DNA of 64,000 nucleotides from Candidatus Aminicenantes bacterium (lineage in GTDB: Bacteria; Acidobacteriota; Aminicenantia; Aminicenantales; JAFGBC01). The DNA lies in contig OY969696.1 in assembly GCA_963702005.1 (NCBI GenBank), positions 3,360,001 through 3,424,000 on the forward strand, written 5' to 3'. Both the position numbers and the translations under genes were made by a program. The notes beneath the pieces are model-generated. The model did not search any database and had not been told where the DNA came from. It worked only from the letters and a program-made list of their open reading frames with translations. Below are positions 44,482 through 53,667 of this stretch, in pieces (positions within the stretch are counted from its first letter, which is position 1; every line of letters begins with the position of its first letter).

Positions 44482-46017
44482 ATGGCCCGTAACCGTTCCT
44501 CGTCGAGCACGATTTTCCTCTCGGGCATCTTCATCGTTCTGTTCGCGTTCCCGGGCTGCGCCAAGAAAACCGCTCCGACGAGCGGGCCGGAGCCGCTGGG
44601 CGTATTCGAGAGCCACGGCGATATCGGCGCCGTCGAACGGGCCGGGTCGGCGGCTTACGACGGGCAAACCCAGGACTACCTGGTCGAAGGCTCGGGCGCG
44701 AACATGTGGTTCGGGACCGACGAGTTTCAGTTCCTGTGGAAACGCCTTAAGGGGGATTTCATCCTCAGCGCGCGGATCGCCTTTATCGGGAAAGGCGTTG
44801 AGGCGCACCGGAAAATCGGCTGGATGGCGCGATCGACGCTCGAACCCAGCGCGGCCCACGTGAGCACGGTCGTCCACGGCGACGGACTGACTTCGCTCCA
44901 GTTCAGGAAAACGCCGGGCGAAGACACCGGCGAAGTTCAAATGGCGGTCAGGGATGCCGATCAGATCCAGCTCGAGCGCAGGGGCGACGGCTTTATCGCC
45001 TCGGCGGCCCGATTCGGCGAAACGTATGTCAGCGAACGGATTTCAAATGTCGCGCTGGGCGAGGAGGTCTATGCGGGCCTTTTCGTCTGTTCCCACAACG
45101 CCAAGGTTTCGGAAAAGGCCCGCTTCTCCAACGTGCGGCTGATCATCCCGGCGCCCGAGGGTTTCGTTCCCTACCGGGACTTCATCGGCGGCAGCCTGGA
45201 GATCCTGGACGCCCTGAGCGGGGACAGGAAAATCATTTTCGGGTCGCCTCGCGCGCTCCAGGCCCCCAACTGGACGAGGGACGGGCGCGCCCTGATCTAT
45301 AACATGGACGGGCTGCTCTACAGGCTTGACCTGGCCGGGCGGGCGCCCGCCGTCCTGGACACCGGATTCGCCAAATCCAACAACAACGACCATGTGCTGT
45401 CCTTCGACGGCCGGACGCTCGGGATCAGCAACCACAGCCCGGAGGACGGCGACGAATCGATCATCTACACGGTTCCGCTGGAGGGCGGAATCCCCGCCCG
45501 CGTGACGCCCAAGGGGCCCTCTTACCTGCACGGCTGGTCGCCCGACGGACGCACCCTCGTTTACACGGGCGGCCGGGACGGCGAATACGACGTCTACAAG
45601 ATCGCGGTGGAGGGCGGCCAAGAAACTCGGCTGACCGACGCAAAAGGGCTGGACGACGGTCCGGAATATGCGCCGGACGGGCGGTTCATCTACTTCAATT
45701 CGAGCCGAACCGGCACGATGCAGATCTGGCGCATGAAGCCCGACGGGAACGGACAGGAACGGGTCACCTTCGGCGCGCTTCAGGACTGGTTCCCGCACAT
45801 CTCGCCCGACGGCCGCTGGATTGTGTTCCTGTCGTTCGGGAAGGATGTCGATCCGCAGGATCACCCTTTCTACAAGCAGGTCTATCTTCGGATCATGCCG
45901 GCGGCCGGAGGGGAGCCCCGCGTGATCGCCTATGTTTACGGCGGGCAGGGCACGATCAACGTCCCTTCCTGGTCGCCCGACAGCCGGAAGATCGCTTTCG
46001 TCAGCAGCACGGACTGA
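44482..46017 (+). CDS. TolB-like PD40 beta-propeller lipoprotein with N-terminal beta-sandwich
   Basis: Lipobox FPGC, NNNDHVLSFDG, SYLHGWSPDG, GGQGTINVPSWSPD. Confidence 0.8.
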   Translation: MARNRSSSSTIFLSGIFIVLFAFPGCAKKTAPTSGPEPLGVFESHGDIGAVERAGSAAYDGQTQDYLVEGSGANMWFGTDEFQFLWKRLKGDFILSARIAFIGKGVEAHRKIGWMARSTLEPSAAHVSTVVHGDGLTSLQFRKTPGEDTGEVQMAVRDADQIQLERRGDGFIASAARFGETYVSERISNVALGEEVYAGLFVCSHNAKVSEKARFSNVRLIIPAPEGFVPYRDFIGGSLEILDALSGDRKIIFGSPRALQAPNWTRDGRALIYNMDGLLYRLDLAGRAPAVLDTGFAKSNNNDHVLSFDGRTLGISNHSPEDGDESIIYTVPLEGGIPARVTPKGPSYLHGWSPDGRTLVYTGGRDGEYDVYKIAVEGGQETRLTDAKGLDDGPEYAPDGRFIYFNSSRTGTMQIWRMKPDGNGQERVTFGALQDWFPHISPDGRWIVFLSFGKDVDPQDHPFYKQVYLRIMPAAGGEPRVIAYVYGGQGTINVPSWSPDSRKIAFVSSTD

Positions 46018-46061
46018 AGGCCCCGGCTACCGGCCCGTTACTCGCCCGAGAAAAAAGGAAG

Positions 46062-47969
46062 TTAGCGGTTGTATTTGGCCAGCCAAGCCGCGATTTCATC
46101 GAATACGTTGCGGCGCTGTTCCCACAGGGAAGGAAAATGCCCTGAGCCGGGATAGCTGACCATGCGCACCGTCTTGCCGCGCTCGGCCAGGAGCGCGTAG
46201 AACTCGAGCCCCTGCAGCATGGGCACGCGAATGTCGTTGGCGCCGTGGAGAATGAGGAGCGGTGTCGTCACTCGGTCCGCGAACATGACGGCGGAAAACT
46301 TGAGGAAGGGCTCGACGCCCTTCTCCTGCCAGCGCTGATCGTAATCAATCTGCTGGACGTCGCTGGTCGGGATGAAACTGAGCCAGTCGGTGATCCCGGC
46401 GCCTTCGATCGCGGCGCGATAGCGGCTCGTCCGGGTGACGGTCCAGGAGGTCATGAATCCTCCGGCGCTCCAGCCGAAGATCGCCAGCCGATTCGGATCG
46501 GCCCACCCCTTCGCAATCGCGTAATCCGTCGCGCTGTCCACGTCCGAATAAGCACGATCGCCGAAGTGCTGATAGATCGCGTTCAGGAAATCGGTGCCGT
46601 AGCCCGTCGAGCCGCGGTACTGCGGCTGCATGACGACATAGCCCAAACCCGCAATGGTCCGGGCCCAGCCGTCGAGATAGAGAAAATCGTTCCCCTCCGG
46701 ACCGCCGTGCGGCAGGACCAGAAACGGACACGGCGCGCCCTCCCGATATGCCGCGGGGAAAGTTACGATGCCCTGGAGCTTTGTCCCGTCTCGGGCGGTC
46801 CAGTCGACCACCCGGACCGGGCCGAGCGCGATCGTCGCCAGCCGCTCGTCGCCCTCCGAGGTGATTTTGACGAGTTGCCCTTTTCGCCCGACGACCACGT
46901 TGTTTCCGTGCTCAGGGTCCCCCACGAGGACCGCGAGCTGCTCCGGAGCTCCCGCCATTGTCGAAAAAACGGGCGTGCCTAACACGCTCCCATCCGGCCA
47001 GATATACGCGGGCGTCAGGAGGCCGTCCTCGAAAACATCGATTTCCCCCCGGACGCCGCGGGCCACGAAGACCCAGACGATTCCCCGGGGATCGCCGACA
47101 AGACCTAAAGCCGAACCGGCCAAATCGGGCGTCCGGTCCACGGGCCGGCCGCCGGCGACGGGGACGGTCCAAACATGGTCGGGCGTCAGGACTTGCGTGG
47201 TCGTGCTGAGAAAGGCCAGTTCATTGCCTCCCACCGTCCAGGCGATGCCTGCGGCTGCGTTGGGAACTTCCGCGACGCGCCGCGCACCCGGGGCCGCACA
47301 GATATCCAGGGTGGAGTGGACAAAATGACAGCCGAGTTTGGGCGTCTGCGACAACGCGGCGATCGTCGAACTGTCCGCCGACCATGAAATTGCGGCGATG
47401 TTCTCAAGGCCGGGACACCACCAACGGCCTTCGGAGCCGTCGCTGCCGACGACGTAGAGGCTGGATTTATCGTTTTCAACCACCATGCGCGTTTCGGCCA
47501 AGGCGTCGGGAGGACGAGGGTCGGCCAGCAGGGCGAAACGAGACCCGTCCGGAGAGAGGGCGGCCGAGCGGATGCCGGAGGGAAGCGCTATGATGACCGT
47601 GGGTTTGTCCGTCGCGAGAGGCACCACGGCCAGTTGGTTCCGGTGCTCGACTTCGAGCGTTCCGAATAGGGCCGCGCCGTCTTTCATGAAACCCGACGGA
47701 CTAAAATGCTCCGGGAGAGTCAGCTTGCGCGGGTTCGAGCCGTCGACGGCGACGAGGTGCCACTCGCGATTGGTGGGCCCTTTCGCCCCGCCGAAGGACA
47801 CTCCGTAAAGAATCGTATCGCCGTCGGGAGCGATCGCAATCGGGCGGGCCGAGCGGAGGGCGGCCATATCCTCCGGGCCAAAGGGATGCTTTTCAGCCGC
47901 CTGGATCGCCGCGGCGCTCAAGCCGACAAACAAGGCCAGGAAAATTCCGCACGCTATCTTTTTTCTCAT
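46062..47969 (-). CDS. S9 family peptidase
   Basis: Signal peptide MRKKIA, PHGGP, QYRGSTGYG, GWSAGG, HGANDIRV, GSGH. Confidence 0.9.
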   Translation of the reverse strand: MRKKIACGIFLALFVGLSAAAIQAAEKHPFGPEDMAALRSARPIAIAPDGDTILYGVSFGGAKGPTNREWHLVAVDGSNPRKLTLPEHFSPSGFMKDGAALFGTLEVEHRNQLAVVPLATDKPTVIIALPSGIRSAALSPDGSRFALLADPRPPDALAETRMVVENDKSSLYVVGSDGSEGRWWCPGLENIAAISWSADSSTIAALSQTPKLGCHFVHSTLDICAAPGARRVAEVPNAAAGIAWTVGGNELAFLSTTTQVLTPDHVWTVPVAGGRPVDRTPDLAGSALGLVGDPRGIVWVFVARGVRGEIDVFEDGLLTPAYIWPDGSVLGTPVFSTMAGAPEQLAVLVGDPEHGNNVVVGRKGQLVKITSEGDERLATIALGPVRVVDWTARDGTKLQGIVTFPAAYREGAPCPFLVLPHGGPEGNDFLYLDGWARTIAGLGYVVMQPQYRGSTGYGTDFLNAIYQHFGDRAYSDVDSATDYAIAKGWADPNRLAIFGWSAGGFMTSWTVTRTSRYRAAIEGAGITDWLSFIPTSDVQQIDYDQRWQEKGVEPFLKFSAVMFADRVTTPLLILHGANDIRVPMLQGLEFYALLAERGKTVRMVSYPGSGHFPSLWEQRRNVFDEIAAWLAKYNR

Positions 47970-48039
47970 TTTTTCCCTCCCCTTCCTGTTTTCAAAATGA
48001 CAGTTTGATGTAGTTTTTCCCAGGGAGGTGAGGCCTTTA

Positions 48040-49107
48040 TCAATAGGCCTCGACCTCGGCCACGAGCTCTGCCATGAGTTCCTTGACCGTGACAATCTTG
48101 TTGACCCTGTAGGCATTCTCACCGCAGAAAATAAGGCCATGATCGACATCGCCGATACAAGCATTGACGAGAGCCAGGGCTATGCAGTATTTAGCGTTCA
48201 GAACATCACACGTGCTCAGGCATCGGTAGGGACAGCGAATGTCGAGCTTACCCCGCTTTTCCACGTCCTTGATGAAAGCATTCCGGATGGCTCTTCCCGG
48301 CAGGCCGACCGGGCTCTTGATAATGACGATGTCTTCTTTTGTTGCGCTGAGATAAGCCTGCTTGAATTCGGGAGCAACATCGCATTCGATCGTGCCGACA
48401 AATCGGGTTGCCATCTGGACTCCGGACGCGCCGGCCAGGAGCATTTCAGCGATGTCCTTGCCGGTAAAAATGCCGCCGCCCGCGATCACCGGGATTTTCT
48501 TCCCGTATTTGTCTTCATAGGCCTTGACGGCCTCAAGGACTTCGGGCAGGAGTCTTTGGAGCGAATAGTCTTCGATCCGCTCGAGCTGCTCCAGGGAAAA
48601 GCCTAGATGGCCGCCCGCCAGAGGCCCCTCCAGGATAATGCCGTCGGCCGTCCGGCCGAAACGCTTATCCCAGGCCCGCAGGACCAATCCCGCGGCTCGC
48701 CCGGAGCTGACGATGGGCACGAGATTAACGGAGGGATCGTCCGCCTGTCCGGGAAGCCTGAGCGGAAGGCTCGCTCCGGCAACAATCATTTTTATCCCTT
48801 CCCGAACCATGGTGCCGATCAAATCATCGGCATTGCTTAATACCCCCATAACATTCACGGCCAGGAGGCCGGTCGTCAGGCTTTTCGCTTTGCGGATCTC
48901 GGAGGCCAGCGCTTCTCGAGACATCCTTTCATATTCGTATTTCGAAGCTTCGACGTCTCCCAGGCCCACGCTGGCAATGGTTCCTATCCCCCCTTCATTG
49001 GACACCGCCGAAGCCAGAGAGGAAAGAGAGACTCTCACCCCCATGGCGCCTTGAACAATCGGAAGCTTCGCGGTCAGACTCCCGATTTGAAGTTGAGGAA
49101 TTTTCAT
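48040..49107 (-). CDS. Nitronate monooxygenase / FabK-like enoyl-ACP reductase family flavoprotein
   Basis: PIVQGAMG, EGPLAGGHLG, IAGGGI, GVQMATRF, SPVGLPGRAI, CxxxCLxxC. Confidence 0.85.
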   Translation of the reverse strand: MKIPQLQIGSLTAKLPIVQGAMGVRVSLSSLASAVSNEGGIGTIASVGLGDVEASKYEYERMSREALASEIRKAKSLTTGLLAVNVMGVLSNADDLIGTMVREGIKMIVAGASLPLRLPGQADDPSVNLVPIVSSGRAAGLVLRAWDKRFGRTADGIILEGPLAGGHLGFSLEQLERIEDYSLQRLLPEVLEAVKAYEDKYGKKIPVIAGGGIFTGKDIAEMLLAGASGVQMATRFVGTIECDVAPEFKQAYLSATKEDIVIIKSPVGLPGRAIRNAFIKDVEKRGKLDIRCPYRCLSTCDVLNAKYCIALALVNACIGDVDHGLIFCGENAYRVNKIVTVKELMAELVAEVEAY

Positions 49108-50354
49108 GTGTCTCCTCGGTATCGGCTCAGAACCAGGCAGGCGTTCCCCCCCCCGAAGCCGAATGAGTTTGTCAGGGCGGCCAAAAGATGAACGCTCTCC
49201 GCTCCCTGAGTCACATAACTCAGCGGACATTCAGGGTCGGGATCCTCATAGTTGATGGTCGGAGGAATAATTCCAGTAAAGACGCTCAGGGCGGTGGATA
49301 CCAGCTCCACCGCGCCGGCGGCCGCCATGAGATGCCCGATCATGGACTTGATCGAGCTGATCCTCGGGCATTGGGCCCGCTCGCCGAAAACGCTCTGTAT
49401 GGCCGCGCTTTCGGTTTTATCGTTCAGTACGGTCGAGGTTCCATGAGCGTTAATATGCCCGATATCGGCCAATGCGATCTTGGCATCCCGGAGCGCCAGG
49501 TTCATAACGCGCGCCATCCCGTCTCCGGAGGGGTCCGGCGACGTGATATGATAGGCATCGGACGTGTTCCCGTAGCCCGCCAGCTCGGCATAGATCCTCG
49601 CCCTGCGCCGCAGGGCGAGTTCAAGCCTCTCCAAGACGACGATTCCAGCCCCCTCGCCCATTACAAATCCGTCGCGATTTCTATCAAAAGGCCGACTGGC
49701 TTTGTCGGGACGATCATTTCTTTTTGACATCGACCGCGTCGCGCAGAATCCGCCATAAGCCAGGGGCGTCAGGCAGGCCTCGGAGGCGCCTGCCAGCATG
49801 ATATCGGCATCGCCTCTTTGGAGTATCCTGAAGGCATCTCCGACGGCATTAGCGCCGGTCGAGCAGGCAACGGAAAGCGCCGACAGGGGGCCTTTGAATC
49901 CATAATTGATGGAGACCGCGCTCGCGCACATGTTAATTAGCAATTTGGAAACAAAAAAGGGATTCAATGACTTGGGGCCTTTGTCCCGGATCAGCGAATA
50001 GCCATCCTCGATGGTTTCAGACCCCCCGATTCCGGAGCCGATGATGACTCCGGCCCGGTCCCTATCGAAAGCCGCGAGGTCCAGGCCAGCGTCACGGATC
50101 GCCATGCCCGCGGCCGCTAAGCCGAACTGGGCGAATCGATCCATGCGCCCCGCGGCCTTTTTATCGATCCAGTCCTCCGGACGAAAATCCTTCACTTCAG
50201 CGGCCATCTGAGAGGAAAAAGCGGAAGGATCAAAACGGCTAACCTTCGCCACGCCGTTCTGTCCGGACGTCAAGCCCTTCCAGAAATTTTCAACGCCGAT
50301 GCCGATCGGCGTCACGACTCCCATCCCTGTGATCACGACTCTGGCATCGTTCAT
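49104..50354 (-). CDS. fabF: Beta-ketoacyl-ACP synthase II
   Basis: VVITGMG, ACSTG, AHGTST, KSMIGHL, NSFGFGG. Confidence 0.92.
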   Translation of the reverse strand: MNDARVVITGMGVVTPIGIGVENFWKGLTSGQNGVAKVSRFDPSAFSSQMAAEVKDFRPEDWIDKKAAGRMDRFAQFGLAAAGMAIRDAGLDLAAFDRDRAGVIIGSGIGGSETIEDGYSLIRDKGPKSLNPFFVSKLLINMCASAVSINYGFKGPLSALSVACSTGANAVGDAFRILQRGDADIMLAGASEACLTPLAYGGFCATRSMSKRNDRPDKASRPFDRNRDGFVMGEGAGIVVLERLELALRRRARIYAELAGYGNTSDAYHITSPDPSGDGMARVMNLALRDAKIALADIGHINAHGTSTVLNDKTESAAIQSVFGERAQCPRISSIKSMIGHLMAAAGAVELVSTALSVFTGIIPPTINYEDPDPECPLSYVTQGAESVHLLAALTNSFGFGGGNACLVLSRYRGDT

Positions 50355-50364
50355 CGTTGAGCTC

Positions 50365-50416
50365 TCAGCGGCGGAAGTCGGCGCCGATGAACTTGAAACC
50401 GGCGACAATTCCCGTC
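50365..50416. repeat. Orphan copy of the esterase 3' end (52-bp direct repeat with 51919..51970)
   Basis: 48/52 identical by manual alignment; minus strand encodes TGIVAGFKFIGADFRR*. Confidence 0.85.
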
Positions 50417-50475
50417 CGCCACTACTCCCATAAGAAATCACCTTGACGGCGGCAGGGGGCCCGGCTATCTCCGCG

Positions 50476-51042
50476 TCACTTCGTAATGACCCAGCCGTAT
50501 TCTTTCACCTCGGTTACGGCGATGGTGGTCGTAGCGACGACCTTCGCGTCGCTCTTGCGGGAGGCACTGTACTTATAGGAGCCAAATCGAACCCTGGACA
50601 CCGTCTGGCTGACCTGATCTCCGATATCGCCGAGGTATACGTCGTCTACGTATATCTTCAGGATCTCTCCATATCGATTCGTGATTAGGACGGTGGCGGG
50701 CCCCGGAACGGTGAGAGTATAGGAGGTGCCCACCAGGGTATCAAGAGTCGTGGAATAGACCAAGTCCCCGGTATCCGACTTTTTGGCCTCGAACAGGTGT
50801 GAGCCCTGGCTGACGTTCTCGACCGAGTCGCTGGCTCCGTCGGCAATTGCGAACTCGGACGCCCCGTCCATGGTGATAGCGACGGTCGCGCCGCACTGAT
50901 TGGCGATCAAGACGCTGGTTGCGACGCTCGTGGTGGTGCTCGCTTTCTTGCAGCCCATTAAGGAAAGGCAAAGAATCCCCGTCAACGCGCCGGCCACAGC
51001 CGCGACCTTTCTTCTTGGTTTTTTCGGCCTCGACATTCGCAT
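50476..51042 (-). CDS. Hypothetical lipoprotein with two small beta domains
   Basis: Basic N-region, lipobox LMGC, internally repeated domain (VLIANQ.../VLITNR...). Confidence 0.7.
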   Translation of the reverse strand: MRMSRPKKPRRKVAAVAGALTGILCLSLMGCKKASTTTSVATSVLIANQCGATVAITMDGASEFAIADGASDSVENVSQGSHLFEAKKSDTGDLVYSTTLDTLVGTSYTLTVPGPATVLITNRYGEILKIYVDDVYLGDIGDQVSQTVSRVRFGSYKYSASRKSDAKVVATTTIAVTEVKEYGWVITK

Positions 51043-51271
51043 CTCGCTTTTTCCCGTGATTTTTATCTCGGGACCTTTTCGGTCCGCGATCTCTTCCGAC
51101 CTGATATAAATTAACATATTGTCCCTCTGACTACAACTCGATATCGAGCCGGATCGTTTCCCGGTTCGCCCCGCCAAATGCCCCGGTCCGGCATCAAATT
51201 GTGCAACCGTACGGCGGGGGAATATGTTAAAATAGTATGGACTGGATCAGAGGCTGAAAGGTGCAACGGCC

Positions 51272-51874
51272 ATGAGTCATCGCAAAAAAGTCCAACGAAC
51301 AGGATTTCTGGTACGGGCGCTCCCCCTGCTTATCCTGCTCCTTTCCGGGAGCTGCAAATGGGGACCCCCCGATTATTCCCTGACCGTCATCGTCGAAGAC
51401 GGAGTCACGGGGACTCCGGAGGCCGGAAAGTATTCCTACCAGGAGCTGACCACCGTACAGCTCAATTACACCCCCGTCAACCCTCTCAATACCGTCGAAG
51501 TGATGCTCAACGGCGACACCCGGAAAACGGGGGTAAGTTCCCTCATCATGTATGGCGACGGTTACCGGCTGACGGCCCGATTAGTGGATATTCGCGGCTC
51601 TTGGAAAATCACCCTGACCAACACGGATACGTCGATCGGCGCGCCGGATCCTTTCGTCATCACAATCTCGGGCCCTGATCTGGCGTCCGGGACCTTTAGC
51701 GACGGCCGGGGATATCACGGGACCTGGTCGGCGACGGCCAGCAGCCTCACCCTCGCTTATTGGGATTGGAATTTCTACGTTTTGAGCGGGACGGTTTTCA
51801 ATATGGGGTATAGCTCGGGGACCTTCAGCGGAGCGGGGCTGACCGGGACCTGGTCGGCGACAAGACAAGACTGA
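51272..51874 (+). CDS. Hypothetical lipoprotein
   Basis: Lipobox-like LSGSC; GSW/GTWSA beta-rich repeats. Confidence 0.7.
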   Translation: MSHRKKVQRTGFLVRALPLLILLLSGSCKWGPPDYSLTVIVEDGVTGTPEAGKYSYQELTTVQLNYTPVNPLNTVEVMLNGDTRKTGVSSLIMYGDGYRLTARLVDIRGSWKITLTNTDTSIGAPDPFVITISGPDLASGTFSDGRGYHGTWSATASSLTLAYWDWNFYVLSGTVFNMGYSSGTFSGAGLTGTWSATRQD

Positions 51875-51918
51875 GCATGGCCGTTCGGCCGCTGCCGGAC
51901 GCCTGATTGCGGCCGCGG

Positions 51919-52598
51919 TCAGCGCCGGAAGTCGGCGCCGATGAACTTGAGACCGTCGACGATTCCCGTCTTCCAATACTCCCAGCTGTGGGCGCCGTCC
52001 CGGACGCGGAACTCGTGGGGGATCTTCCGATCGTGGAGCACAACGCTCAAGGCGGCGTTCCCCTTGAACAGGAAATCGTCGTCCCCGCAGTCGATGTAAT
52101 AGCGAACCTTCATCCTCCCATCGATAGGCCCGAGACGCCGCGGAATTCCCGATCGGGACGGGTCCGGAGGGTCGAGTCGATGCGCGGAATGAACTCTTGG
52201 ACGAACATGTCCTCGAAGCGGACCTTGTTCTGATAGTCGTTGATGTACCAGGTGACGCCCCCGTCGGGCATGGCGATGATCATGGGCGGGATCTCTCGGG
52301 CCGCGATGGCCCGGTCGGCCGCGAGATGGATCTCGCCGAATTGGACCCAGCCGGATTCATCGTCCGTGTAGCCGTGAAGGAGATAGACGACGGGATAGCG
52401 GCGGGAGGAGGTCTGGTAGTCGGGCGGAAGATAGACGGCGTAATTGACTTCCCGGCCGAGGACGGCGCTCGTGAAATGGAGTCCTTCCAGGACTTGGCCT
52501 TGGTTGACACATTCTCCGGACGCGAGCGCTCGAGCACCTCCAAGGAAGCCAATCATTGCCAGGACGACGGCACTAGCGATCTTGGCTGTTCGTATCAT
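51919..52598 (-). pseudogene. Esterase (CE1/S-formylglutathione hydrolase-like) with an internal deletion at about 52110
   Basis: YPVVYLLHG...SGLSMGG is followed directly, out of frame, by KVRYYIDCGDDDFL...DGAHSWEYW; the intervening core is absent. Confidence 0.8.
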
Positions 52599-53482
52599 TT
52601 GATAGAGACCTCCACTTTGGATTCGACCGTGAAAAACCGATAATTCTTGTAGCGGATCACGGTCCTTGCCCTGATGAAAGGCTCCTTGCCGGCCTTGAGA
52701 TAGGCTTCTTCCGTGATATCGAGGCTGGGAAAACGGAGCCCGTTTTTCTCGAAACCGTACTCCGTGGTCGAGGTCATTCGGGGCTCGGCCTTGAAGCTCC
52801 GCGCCCGTTCCTCGATCTGCTTGAAGCCGCCCAGGGTTGACTGGTCCCACTCGATCTTGAGGACGGAGCCGTCGCTCTCGCGGATCCAGGCCTTTCCGTC
52901 GCAATGCCTGCCCTCCATCCCCGGACGCATCCGGGACTCGAGGATGACCGCCCGTTCGCCGCCGACCGCGTCCTCGCCCGCGATCCGGAAATTGCGCCGG
53001 GGCCGCCAGTCCTCCCCCAAGAGACCGATCGGCCCGAACAGGACGTTTTCGACCTGTACGGCGCTGGTGAGGAGGCCGTCGTCTTTCACGGTTGCCGCTC
53101 GGCCGTTTATTAGGAGCAGGGTTCGGGCTTCTTTCTTGATGATATCCTTCCGGATGAACTGGAAATCGTAGAGGTAGCTGTTCTTCTGGAAAGGATTTTC
53201 CGGATTCTCGGCGCCAGCAGGCCATTCCCGGGAGTGATCGATTTCCTCGGTGATCTCCTCGAGACAGACAAAATCCAGGGCCGCGTTTTCCAGGCGTTGG
53301 CAGTAGAGGGCCGTTTTGCCCAGGAGGTTAATGAGCCTTAGGTTGGCGTCTTCCTTTTGGGAGGCGGAAAGGAGAATGGGAGCTGTCGCGGGAGACTCCC
53401 CGGCCGGACGTACCGCGTCGGATAGCGTTCCGGGGGACCCCGGCATCAAGCCGACGGCCAACAGGAGCCAAAAAATGCCCAT
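52595..53482 (-). CDS. Secreted hypothetical protein, paralog of 9181..9978
   Basis: Same conserved blocks as 9181..9978; ATGA-coupled to the esterase gene. Confidence 0.8.
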   Translation of the reverse strand: MGIFWLLLAVGLMPGSPGTLSDAVRPAGESPATAPILLSASQKEDANLRLINLLGKTALYCQRLENAALDFVCLEEITEEIDHSREWPAGAENPENPFQKNSYLYDFQFIRKDIIKKEARTLLLINGRAATVKDDGLLTSAVQVENVLFGPIGLLGEDWRPRRNFRIAGEDAVGGERAVILESRMRPGMEGRHCDGKAWIRESDGSVLKIEWDQSTLGGFKQIEERARSFKAEPRMTSTTEYGFEKNGLRFPSLDITEEAYLKAGKEPFIRARTVIRYKNYRFFTVESKVEVSIK

Positions 53483-53523
53483 GATCCTTTTTGTTCTGAG
53501 TTTAGGCGCTTGAAAAGGGAAAT

Positions 53524-53667
53524 GTCAACCCCTCGACTCCCCAGCATGAATGCCGGGGCTTGTTCGGGGTTAACCCTGAGCCTCGCTTCTCATCCCCGCC
53601 TTGAAAGGCGGGGCTCCGATTTTAAGCCCCGCCTTTAAGGGCGGGGTAGCGTCGGCGAACGGGTCAA
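53524..53667. repeat. GTCAA-bounded element, copy 6 (144 bp, longest)
   Basis: GTCAACCCCTCGAC...TCGGGGTTAACCCTGAGCC...two CCCCGCC/GGCGGGG hairpins...TCGGCGAACGGGTCAA. Confidence 0.9.

Noticed and set aside
48040-50354. fabF plus FabK-like pair as a secondary-metabolite cluster
   Set aside because: No ACP, chain-length factor or tailoring genes nearby
5144-53667. GTCAA elements as a CRISPR array or IscB/TnpB omega-RNA locus
   Set aside because: The copies are dispersed, have no unique spacers and no cas/iscB/tnpB nearby; only the end and hairpin style is reminiscent
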